Below, in pieces: positions 25,214 through 33,220 of a DNA stretch of 40,000 nt. The stretch covers positions 88,618 through 128,617 of the forward strand of contig CAWGNR010000006.1 of assembly GCA_963823985.1 (NCBI GenBank), in the 5' to 3' direction. The stretch is from an uncultured Chloroflexia bacterium. Lineage in GTDB: Bacteria; Chloroflexota; Anaerolineae; Anaerolineales; Villigracilaceae. The translations under genes were made by a program, and so were the position numbers. Every line of letters begins with the position of its first letter. The first letter of the stretch is position 1. The notes under the pieces were generated by a model. It was not told where the DNA came from, did not search any database, and saw only the letters and a program-made list of their open reading frames with translations.

Positions 25214-25462
25214 TTAGGGAAGTAAGTGGTCATAGCCATTTTGCCTCAAAAAATCAATTATTGCTTTTTCTGGAATGCGATACGTCCGATTCCCAAGTCG
25301 AATAGCGGGAATTTTATTATCTGAAATCCATCGATAAATGGTCTTTGTACTGACCTTAGCCCAATCAGCAACCTCCTGGATGGTTAGCAAATTGATTTGG
25401 TGAAGCTCGCTCGTTTGGAATTTTTGAGTGACCATAAAATACTCCCGACCAGTTAAACGCAA
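25214..25462 (-). CDS. small helix-turn-helix DNA-binding protein, excisionase/MerR-like family
   Basis: LLTIQEVADWAKVSTKTIYRWISDNKIPAIRLGNRTYRIPEKAIIDFL. The start is either 25462 or the internal ATG at 25435. Confidence 0.7.
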   Translation of the reverse strand: MRLTGREYFMVTQKFQTSELHQINLLTIQEVADWAKVSTKTIYRWISDNKIPAIRLGNRTYRIPEKAIIDFLRQNGYDHLLP

Positions 25463-25740
25463 CTGGCGCTCAATGAGATTTCATCGAGCGCCAGTCAGTT
25501 ACTTGGGGGGCAACTAGTTACGCGTTGCGGCCCCGACGGGTTTCGAGCCCGCACTTATTCAAAATTTTGATGCTAAGCAAGGATGTTATGCGGGCACTCA
25601 TTTTTAGATCTTATCGTATCCAAATGATGATATAATAGAACATACGTACTGATTAGGTTAAAAACGGTCGTTGATTAACTAACCTAAACTCTCAAGGCTC
25701 TATTGAACCAAAGACCGTAAGGCTACCCTATAATCGGTGG

Positions 25741-25775
25741 CCTGGAGGTCGCAGGTTCGAGTCCTGCCCCCGCTA
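25741..25775 (+). other. tRNA-like 3' fragment (T-arm plus 3' acceptor strand), possible displaced att half-site
   Basis: GCAGG-TTCGAGT-CCTGC T-arm at 25751-25767, then CCCCGCT-A. I find no matching 5' acceptor strand (AGCGGGG) within 400 nt upstream. A terminator follows. Confidence 0.4.
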
Positions 25776-25781
25776 TATGAA

Positions 25782-25808
25782 AGGCACTCAAAGAGTGCCT
25801 TTTTTTGT
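25782..25808 (+). terminator. rho-independent terminator
   Basis: AGGCACTC-AAA-GAGTGCCT followed by TTTTTTT. Confidence 0.7.
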
Positions 25809-26044
25809 TAAGTTAAGTTGTGAGCGCGCGTACGCGGGACTCACAACTCAATTTTCGGGCATCTATCCCGCTAAAAACGGGAGAACCAAATTTTATTGTG
25901 TATGAGTAGGAAATCACCGCTCCTAGGCTCGCAAAAAATATTCTAATAATTTGGCACCCTCCGGGGGAAGCGATTTGCGGACCTCGTTTGGTGGGGGCAT
26001 AAACATTTTCTATAGCCAGCCATAGAAAAGAGTGCATATCGGTT

Positions 26045-26058
26045 GTGATAATTATCAC
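26045..26058. promoter_or_regulatory. perfect 14-bp palindrome GTGATAATTATCAC upstream of the arsR-tusA locus (candidate operator)
   Basis: Seen directly, about 90 nt upstream of the ATG at 26150. The binding protein is unknown. Confidence 0.3.
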
Positions 26059-26149
26059 TTGTTGAAATACTCGGTACACGGCATAGTTAAGTCGGCTCTT
26101 AATTAAGCGTTTCTGCAATTAGCTGCATGAAAGAGTTAGGATACGCAAG

Positions 26150-26455
26150 ATGAATTTAGATTACAAAGAGTTAGCCGAGGAACACGCAGAAGTATGCAAA
26201 TTATTCGGAAATGTATCTCGGATTTTGATTTTGTGGAGTTTTTCCGACCGGGAGGTTCCCGTCAGTGAAATCGCTGATGAAGTCGGCACCTCTTTGCAAA
26301 ATGTTTCTCAACATCTCGCGTTATTGAAAAAACATGGCATTGTAACTGCACGGCGTGACAAACAGACGATCTATTACCGGATCGCCGACGTTGAATGGAT
26401 CAGAGAGTGTCCTCTTCTGGTAAAAGCTCCCGTGCATAATGTAGCTAAAAGATAA
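26150..26455 (+). CDS. ArsR/SmtB-family transcriptional regulator
   Basis: 101-aa ORF with FGNVSRILILWSF...VSEIADEVGTSLQNVSQHLALLKKHGIVTARRDKQTIYYRI. Confidence 0.85.
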   Translation: MNLDYKELAEEHAEVCKLFGNVSRILILWSFSDREVPVSEIADEVGTSLQNVSQHLALLKKHGIVTARRDKQTIYYRIADVEWIRECPLLVKAPVHNVAKR

Positions 26456-26482
26456 CCTATATAAACCTGAAGGAGATTTCCC

Positions 26483-26737
26483 ATGACCACCCCTGAACTA
26501 ACGAAGATCGAAGCTGCCAAAGTTGTTGACGCACGCGCTATGTCTTGCCCAGGCCCGCTCCTGGAGGCCAAGAAAGGCATCGCCACTGTAAAGGTGGGCG
26601 AAGTCCTGGAGATTTGGTCAGGCGATTCCAACACCAAAAACGATATGCCCCGCTGGTGTGAAAAGGTAGGGCATGAATTTTTAGGCGTGTTGCCCGGCGA
26701 AGGCTACGAACGGCTCTTCATCCGCCGCATGAAATAA
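26483..26737 (+). CDS. tusA: TusA-family sulfurtransferase / sulfur carrier
   Basis: 84-aa ORF with DARAMSCPGPLLEAKKGI (the CPxP motif). Confidence 0.85.
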   Translation: MTTPELTKIEAAKVVDARAMSCPGPLLEAKKGIATVKVGEVLEIWSGDSNTKNDMPRWCEKVGHEFLGVLPGEGYERLFIRRMK

Positions 26738-26839
26738 GATTGAGAATAAAACCACAAAGACACAAAGTCACAAACCAATTAACTTTCGTGCCTGTGTATC
26801 TTTGTGGTAAGTGACTTGACGGTTCAAAAAGGATACGTT

Positions 26840-27277
26840 ATGGCCCAACCAAAGATCCTGATCCTGGCCACGCTGGCAGGCGGCTATGCTGGCGCCGATT
26901 CCACCGGCCAGTCCCACCTGGATTACCCGGCTAACACATATATCTTGCCTGTCATGTCGCCTGTCATGTTCCCGCCTGGGTTTTTCGTACGCGCATTCGA
27001 GCGCGGCATCGACGGCATCATCGTCATGTATAGCGGCACCGATAGCCCGTATAAAGTCGAAGCCGATGGAACCGCAAAGTTGATCAACAGTGCCTACGGG
27101 TTGATGAAGGAACGCGGCATCGACATCCGTCGCCTGCGCTTGGCGGCGATCTGCACGGTCTGTGTCAAGCCCTTCCTGAAAGAAGTCAACCAGATGAATG
27201 AGCTGCTCAAAGGGATCGGCTTTGTCAAAGACGAACTCAGTCAACCCGCCGCTTCCTTGAAAGGAGCGCAGATATGA
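26840..27277 (+). CDS. MvhD/FlpD-like domain protein lacking the usual cluster-binding cysteines
   Basis: MAQPKILILATLAGGYAGADSTGQSHLDYPANTYILPVMSPVMFPPGFFVRAFERGIDGIIVMYSGTDSPYK is colinear with the MvhD pattern (..CNWC.Y.GAD...YP......V.C.G......AF..GADGV.V.GC..GDCHY), but the Cys positions are A/G/S/T. The start is chosen after an AAGGA RBS-like sequence. Confidence 0.65.
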   Translation: MAQPKILILATLAGGYAGADSTGQSHLDYPANTYILPVMSPVMFPPGFFVRAFERGIDGIIVMYSGTDSPYKVEADGTAKLINSAYGLMKERGIDIRRLRLAAICTVCVKPFLKEVNQMNELLKGIGFVKDELSQPAASLKGAQI

Positions 27278-28584
27278 ACACGCTGCATGTAGATGCGCTT
27301 GTGGTCGGCGGCGGAATTGCCGGCATGCAAGCGGCGCTCGATCTGGGGGATCAGGGATTTCAGGTGGCGTTGGTCGAGCGCGAACCCAGCATCGGTGGGA
27401 AGATGATCACACTCAGCAAAGTCTTTCCCACGCTCGACTGTTGCTCCTGCATCACCACCCCCAAGATGTCCGCCGTGGCGCACCATCCCAACATCCGCCT
27501 GTGGACTTACTGCGAAGTGCAGTCGGTGGATGAGAGTAATACAGGTTTCGATGTCGCCGTGGTGAAAAAGCCGCGCTACGTGGACGAGAGCAAATGCACC
27601 GGCTGCCGCCAGTGCGAATACGAATGCCCGATCACCATGCCCAGCCCGTTCGATCGTGGGCTTGGCTCGTATCGCGCCATCCGCGTGCCCTTCTCCACCG
27701 CCGTGCCCCAGACCGCCGTGCTTGATATCGACAACTGTCTGATCTGCGGCAAATGCGAGAAGGTCTGCCCGGTCGAAGCGGTCGATTTCACCCAGCAGCC
27801 CGAACCCTTCACCATCCACGCCACTGCGGTCGTGCTGGCGACCGGTTTCGAACTGACCGGCCTGAGTGTAAAGAAAGAATACGGCGGTGGAAAATTACAA
27901 AACGTGATCGATCCGCTTATGATGGAACGTTTCCTGGCGCCTACCGGTCCCTACGGACGCGTGCTGCGTCCCGGCGACGGTATGGAACCGACCACGATTG
28001 CTTACGTCCAGTGCGCTGGTTCGCGTGACCAGACCCTGGGCGTCGAGTACTGCTCGCGGGTGTGCTGCATGTATGCCATCAAACAGGCTATGCTCATCAG
28101 CGGCGCGTTGCCCCTGGCAGAGATCACCATCTACTACATGGACATCCGCACGTTTGGCAAGGGCTATGAACAGTTCTACCAGAACGCCCAGGCCATGGGT
28201 GTCGAATTCGTGCGCGGCAAAGTGGCCTCCATCCGCGAGGACGAGAACCATAACCCGATTGTCAAATTGGAATTGACGGAAGAAGGCCGCATCATCGAGC
28301 GGACGCATGACCTGGTTGTGCTCTCCCTGGGGATGGTTCCTGCCGTTTCTCCTTCAACCTTCAACCTGCTCCCGTCAACGGACGGATTTATCTCGCTCCC
28401 GGCGTTGAACGCTTCCCCCTGCGCTACCGCACGGCCCGGGATCTTTGTCACCGGTGCCGCCGGTGGACCGATGGACATCGTTGACAGCATCGTCACCGCC
28501 AGCGCAGTCGCTTCAGAAGCCTCGGCTTACATCCGTACTAAACAAGGCTTGCACGTCGAACAGCAGGAGGTCGTTTATGCCTGA
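27274..28584 (+). CDS. HdrA-like FAD/FeS oxidoreductase (QmoA-like)
   Basis: 436-aa ORF with VVGGGIAGMQAALDL, EREPSIGGKM, two CxxCxxCxxxCP ferredoxin motifs and CAGSRD...YCSRVCCMYA. Confidence 0.8.
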   Translation: MNTLHVDALVVGGGIAGMQAALDLGDQGFQVALVEREPSIGGKMITLSKVFPTLDCCSCITTPKMSAVAHHPNIRLWTYCEVQSVDESNTGFDVAVVKKPRYVDESKCTGCRQCEYECPITMPSPFDRGLGSYRAIRVPFSTAVPQTAVLDIDNCLICGKCEKVCPVEAVDFTQQPEPFTIHATAVVLATGFELTGLSVKKEYGGGKLQNVIDPLMMERFLAPTGPYGRVLRPGDGMEPTTIAYVQCAGSRDQTLGVEYCSRVCCMYAIKQAMLISGALPLAEITIYYMDIRTFGKGYEQFYQNAQAMGVEFVRGKVASIREDENHNPIVKLELTEEGRIIERTHDLVVLSLGMVPAVSPSTFNLLPSTDGFISLPALNASPCATARPGIFVTGAAGGPMDIVDSIVTASAVASEASAYIRTKQGLHVEQQEVVYA

Positions 28585-30588
28585 CGAAACCGTGAAGATC
28601 GGCGTTTACACCTGCTATTGCGGCGGGAACATCAGCCATGTGGTCGAGTGTGAAAAAGTCGCAAAAGCATTGGAACGACTGCCCAATGTCACCGTCTCTC
28701 ACACCAATATGTCGTTTTGTTCCGATGCCGGCCAATCCATCATCGAGAACGACATCAAGGAACTGGGCCTCAACCGTGTAGTGGTCGGCGCCTGCGCTCC
28801 TTCGCTGCATGAGGGACCTTCCGCGGGACGGTCATGCGCGCCGGACTGAATCCCTATCTGTATTACCACGTAGGTCTTCGTGAGCAGGATTCGTGGGTGC
28901 ACGGGGATGACAGTGTCGGCGCGACCAGCAAAGCCATCCGTCTGATGGCGGCGGGAGTTGCTAAAGCCCGCCTGCTCCAGCCGCTCGAGCCGATCCGGCT
29001 GGGGGCGGAGAAGCAGGCCATGGTCATCGGGGGAGGCGTAGCCGGGTTGCGCGCTACGCTGGACATTGCCTGTCAAGGCTTATCTGTCGTGCTGGTCGAA
29101 AAGTCTCCCTTCCTGGGTGGACGGATGGCCCAGCTCGAAACGGTCTTCCCAACTGGTGAGGAAGCACGCACCTTGTTACATGAGCTGATAGAGCAGGTGC
29201 TCAGGCATCGAAACATCAACGTTTACACCCAATCCGAGGTAACTGCGGTTTCGGGCTTCGTCGGCAACTACAGAATCCGGTTGCTCCAACATTCGCGCGG
29301 CGTGAGGGAAGAAGAGTCCGACCTGATGATCGACGCCTGCCAGCGCGTGGTGCCCGACGAGTTCAATTATGGTATGTCACAGCGTAAGGTGATTTACCGG
29401 GCGTATCCCGGCTGCTATCCCAATGCGGCGGCCGTGGATTGGGAATATTATTTTGACCATCCCCTCCAGGTGGACGGGAAACAAGTCGTTCTCAAAGATG
29501 AACCGAAAACCATCGAAGTCAATGCAGGCGCGATTGTGGTGGCGACTGGTTTCGACCCGTATGAGCCTCGTCATGGAGAGTACAGGTATGGCGAAATACC
29601 AGAAGTCATCACCTTACCGCAGTTGATTCGCCGCCTGGCGTTGACGAAGGAAGATAAAGTTTTCCAGTGGCAAGGTCGCCCAATTCGTGATGTGGCTTTG
29701 ATCCACTGCGTGGGAAGTCGTGAGATCGAAGGCCTGGACGAGCCGCACGAAGACGGACAGGTCAACAATTACTGCTCACGTGTGTGCTGCACCGCAGCCC
29801 TGCACTTGACTGAGGAACTGCACCTGCGTTTCCCGGGACTGAACATCTATGATTTGTATCAGGATATCCGGACGTATGGGCGCGGCCATGAGGAGTATTA
29901 CCGCCATGCGATGGAAAATGGCGTGCGCTTCGTACGCTATCACGGAACCGAGCGTCCCGAAGTGAGCGCGGCGCAAGATGGGGATACGCATCCGGTGATA
30001 GTTCAAGTCAAAGACTCGCTGACCTACAACGAAGAACTCGAGATCCCGGTTGACCTGGTGGTGCTGGCGGTGGGTATGAAACCGCGCACTATCGACGATC
30101 TGGTACAGATGCTCAAGGTCTCGCGCGGAAACGACCGCTTCCTGCTGGAAGTGCATCCCAAGCTGCGCCCGGTCGAGACGGCGGTCAACGGGGTGGTGCT
30201 GGCCGGCACGGCGCAGGGACCGATGAATATCCAGGAGAGTCTGTCAGCGGCCTCGGCAGCCGCAGCCAAAGTCGTGTCCCTGCTCGGACAGGGCAAGGTA
30301 CAGTTGCAGCCCTTCGTGGCAGCGGTGGATGCCGAAAAATGCGACGGCAGCGGCGCTTGCGTGGAAGTCTGCGTTTATGAAGGCGCAATCGCTTTGCAGA
30401 CGCTTGAACTTGATGGTAAGCAAGTGCAACGCGCGGTAGTCGCGCCCGCCAATTGCGTTGGATGCGGTGCGTGTGTCAGCGCCTGTCCGAATCGCGCGAT
30501 CGACGTGCAAGGCTGGACCCTGGCGCAATACGAAGCCATGGTGGATGCCATTGCGATGGACAGCCTGGATCTGGTGGAGGCGGCATGA
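28577..30588 (+). CDS. HdrA-like FAD/FeS oxidoreductase with C-terminal 2x[4Fe-4S] ferredoxin domain (QmoB-like); apparent frameshift at 28813-28815
   Basis: The N-terminal part MPDETVKIGVYTCYCGGNISHV...ACAPSLHE (frame of track ORF 28445-28849) continues as GTFRGTVMRAGLNPYLYYHVGLREQDSWVH in the frame of ORF 28834-30588. One base appears to be missing in a GGG run. Confidence 0.7.
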
Positions 30589-30893
30589 TGGTCACTCAGA
30601 GCGTTCAAAAAGAAGGCCTTTCCCGTGGCGAGATGCTCAAACAATTGCGAGCACAGCACGCCGACACGGTGAAACGTACCCAGGAACTGCTGAAAGAGCA
30701 AAAACGGGTGCAGCAGGAGATTTGTAAGGCGATCCGCGAGAATCCGAAGACTGTGCCTGAAATTGCGGAGGCGACGGGCATGCCAACGCATGAAGTGCTA
30801 TGGTATCTGGCTTCCTTCAAGAAATACGGGATTGTTGTCGAGAAAGGGATGTGTGGGGATTATCCACTCTACCAGAAAGTTGAGGAGAAGTGA
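30585..30893 (+). CDS. small winged-helix-like protein
   Basis: 102 aa from ATG 30585, overlapping the upstream stop (ATGA). It contains KTVPEIAEATGMPTHEVLWYLASFKKYGIVVE. Confidence 0.6.
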   Translation: MMVTQSVQKEGLSRGEMLKQLRAQHADTVKRTQELLKEQKRVQQEICKAIRENPKTVPEIAEATGMPTHEVLWYLASFKKYGIVVEKGMCGDYPLYQKVEEK

Positions 30894-30894
30894 G

Positions 30895-32064
30895 ATGAGT
30901 ACCAGATTGGATCCACACCTCCTGCGCGAGTTCAAAGCATACGGCGCCGTTGGCGTTGAGAAATGCTTCAATTGCGGTAACTGCACGGCTATTTGTCCGT
31001 TGGCGAGCGATGAGTACAACTTTCCCCGTGACGTCATTCGGAGAGTGCAAATTGGGCAGAGAGAACGCCTGACGGAAGGGCTCGATCCCTGGCTGTGTTA
31101 CTACTGCGGTGACTGCTCCATCACCTGCCCCAAAGGCGCGGAACCCGGCGAGACCATGATGGCTGCCCGCCGCTGGCTAACCGCCCAGTACGACTGGACT
31201 GGCCTGGCGCGCAAGTTCTACACCTCCCTGACCTGGGAATTAGGCTCGATCGCCCTGCTCGGATTGCTGGTAGTTTGGATTATTACCATGTTCCATGGGC
31301 CGCTGGTGACCGACCGGGTGGAATTGAACACCTTTGCTCCCCTCCACATCGTCCACTTAGCGGATTGGATCATGGCAGGCATGCTGGTCTTCTTCATCGC
31401 CACGAATGTACTCAGAATGTATTGGCTTACGATGCGGAAAATTGGTCAGCCAATCCCGCTCAAGTTATATTTCACCGAGGCCTGGCAATTGCTCCTGCAC
31501 GCCGTCACCCAGAAACGCTGGAGCGAATGCGCTGGAGAGGAGGCTGATGAGAAGGGGCGAAAATCCAAACGCACCTCCTGGATCATCCACATGCTACTGG
31601 CCAGTGGCTACGGCTTGATGCTGGTGCTGATCGTCTTCTTCCTATCCTGGTTCCAGACGGATAACCTTTATCCGCTTTACCATCCACAGCGTTGGTTGGG
31701 ATATTATGCCACGATCGTGCTGCTGCTCGGCGCAGGCTGGGCCTTATGGGGGCGCATCAAGAAAGAAGCCGAAATGCACCGCTTCTCGCATCCCAGTGAC
31801 TGGATCTTCCCCATTTTGCTGCTGGTTGTCACATTGACCGGCATATTACAGCATGCCTTTCGTTACTGGGGTTGGCCGTTGGCAACCTATTACACCTATG
31901 TGATTCACCTGTCTTTTACGGCTCCCATGTTGATCCTGGAAGTGCCGTTCGGCAAGTGGGCGCACCTGTACTATCGTCCCCTGGCAATTTACTTCCAGGC
32001 CGTAAAAGTAAAGGCGAAAAAACAGGCAGAAACCGTTGCGGGCGCGTTCGCCCCGGCGGATTAA
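30895..32064 (+). CDS. HdrC-like 2x[4Fe-4S] domain fused to multi-pass membrane (cytochrome b-like) domain (QmoC/HdrE-like)
   Basis: 389 aa from MSTRLDPHLL. It has CFNCGNCTAICP and CYYCGDCSITCP followed by about six hydrophobic helices with conserved-looking His residues. Confidence 0.7.
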   Translation: MSTRLDPHLLREFKAYGAVGVEKCFNCGNCTAICPLASDEYNFPRDVIRRVQIGQRERLTEGLDPWLCYYCGDCSITCPKGAEPGETMMAARRWLTAQYDWTGLARKFYTSLTWELGSIALLGLLVVWIITMFHGPLVTDRVELNTFAPLHIVHLADWIMAGMLVFFIATNVLRMYWLTMRKIGQPIPLKLYFTEAWQLLLHAVTQKRWSECAGEEADEKGRKSKRTSWIIHMLLASGYGLMLVLIVFFLSWFQTDNLYPLYHPQRWLGYYATIVLLLGAGWALWGRIKKEAEMHRFSHPSDWIFPILLLVVTLTGILQHAFRYWGWPLATYYTYVIHLSFTAPMLILEVPFGKWAHLYYRPLAIYFQAVKVKAKKQAETVAGAFAPAD

Positions 32065-32100
32065 CGAAACCATCATTTTGAACGACAAAAGGAGATTCTC

Positions 32101-32463
32101 ATGACTGAAAAAATGGCTGTCGTCTGCAATGGCGACACACCGGCGAACATCATGCCGACGTTGATCTTCTCGACCTCGGGCCTGTCCCTGGATTATGAGG
32201 TGCACGTCTTCGTCTGCCCGGCAGGCGCGCGCTGGTTCTTGAAGGGTGAGCTCGAGAAACTGGGCACGCCTAAGGGCATGCCCAATCCCGTCAAGCTCTT
32301 CAACGACATCCTCGACCTGGGCGGCGAAATCGTATTCTGTGAGCTGGCGCTCGAGAACAAGGACATCAAGCCGGAAGACCTGCGCGACCCGCGCATCAAG
32401 ATCAAGAAGGCTCCCCCGTACTTGATGGATGTGGAAGGCGCCAGCCAGACATACGTTTTCTAA
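32101..32463 (+). CDS. DsrE/DsrF-like family protein
   Basis: 120-aa ORF with the pattern MAVVCNGDTP...IFSTSG...VHVFVCPAG... Confidence 0.6.
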   Translation: MTEKMAVVCNGDTPANIMPTLIFSTSGLSLDYEVHVFVCPAGARWFLKGELEKLGTPKGMPNPVKLFNDILDLGGEIVFCELALENKDIKPEDLRDPRIKIKKAPPYLMDVEGASQTYVF

Positions 32464-32502
32464 ACCCTGGTAAGTTGGGCTTGCGTCCTTCGTGAAAGAA
32501 TT

Positions 32503-32547
32503 CCGAAAATAAGGGTCGCGTGCGTAGCACGCGACCCTTATTTTCGG
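32503..32547. terminator. bidirectional hairpin terminator between convergent operons
   Basis: CCGAAAATAAGGGTCGCGTGC-GTAG-CACGCGACCCTTATTTTCGG. Confidence 0.7.
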
Positions 32548-32553
32548 ACCATT

Positions 32554-32925
32554 TTACCCGTGCCCGTGCGCCACGCTTTCGTCACAGGGCGCGGCCTCGC
32601 TCAACTTGCCGCCGAAATAATTCTCCAACGCATGGCGGACAGTTCCGGCAGCGCCGGTGGCAGTCTTGATCCCATATTGTTCGAAGAACTGGATGGCGCG
32701 CCCGCCCATGCCGCCGCTTAGCATCACGTCGGCGTTTTGTTCCTTGATAAAAGCGGGGATTTGTCCCGGCTGGTGGTTTTCAGCGAACGGATTGGCGATG
32801 GCCTGTGTGGTCGTCACTTCATCGTTCTCCACCTCTACCAGCATGAAATAGGGGGCGTGCCCGAAGTGCTGGGCGACCATGCTTTCGAGACCATTGTTAC
32901 TTTCGGCGGTTACTGCGATTTTCAT
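32554..32925 (-). CDS. NifX/NifB-C-terminal-like (dinitrogenase FeMo-cofactor-binding fold) protein
   Basis: 123-aa ORF with MKIAVTAESNNGLESMVAQHFGHAPYFMLVEVEN. Confidence 0.7.
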   Translation of the reverse strand: MKIAVTAESNNGLESMVAQHFGHAPYFMLVEVENDEVTTTQAIANPFAENHQPGQIPAFIKEQNADVMLSGGMGGRAIQFFEQYGIKTATGAAGTVRHALENYFGGKLSEAAPCDESVAHGHG

Positions 32926-33220
32926 ACGAAATCTCCTGATTGATGAGTTTTTCTAGATCCGCTGCGGCCAAATAGCCTTCCACAGCGATTTCTTGTGATG
33001 TGACGCCGGGCACTGCGGCCACGGCTTTCTTGACCTCCATTGCCAGCGATACGGCAATCGGGCACACGAACGAAGATGGACGGAACGTATAACGTACCTT
33101 GCCGAGCGCGTCGACCCACAGATTTTCCACCAGGCGCATGCGAAGAACGTCTGTGTTGGTCTCAGGATCGATCACGCCCCGCAGTCGATCCAACACGGCT
33201 TCTTCCAAATTGTGGCTCAT
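32897..33220 (-). CDS. DUF59/MIP18-family (SufT-like) Fe-S assembly domain protein
   Basis: The internal start MSHNLEEAVLDRLRGVIDPETNTDVLRM at 33218-33220 overlaps the upstream stop (ATGA). The longer track ORF N-terminus looks like non-coding translation. Confidence 0.65.
   Translation of the reverse strand: MSHNLEEAVLDRLRGVIDPETNTDVLRMRLVENLWVDALGKVRYTFRPSSFVCPIAVSLAMEVKKAVAAVPGVTSQEIAVEGYLAAADLEKLINQEISYENRSNRRK

Noticed and set aside
25495-25775. Possible complete tRNA or tmRNA gene ending at 25775. The stretch GGGGGGCAACTAG...GACGGGTTTCGAGCCCGC at 25505-25555 also looks vaguely tRNA-like.
   Set aside because: No 5' acceptor strand is complementary to CCCCGCT. There is no convincing anticodon arm (GGCTACC/GGTGGCC encloses an 8-nt loop). 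No tag-peptide reading frame ends in a typical ALAA-type tail. Only the 3' fragment is reported.
25813-26118. 101-aa minus-strand ORF between the terminator and arsR.
   Set aside because: It has an odd composition, no RBS or motif, and overlaps the probable promoter/operator region of the arsR locus.
23080-26149. Looked for an integron integrase (tyrosine recombinase) and attI upstream of the array.
   Set aside because: The six-frame track has no ORF longer than ~100 aa on either strand outside the IS4 transposase, and none shows R..H..R..Y recombinase motifs. The 82-aa HTH protein is too small.
28800-28850. Programmed frameshift or selenocysteine recoding in the QmoB-like gene.
   Set aside because: The break is a simple one-base deficit in a GGG run with no slippery heptamer. 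The TGA that appears belongs to the shifted frame. Similar homopolymer indels occur in unrelated genes nearby.
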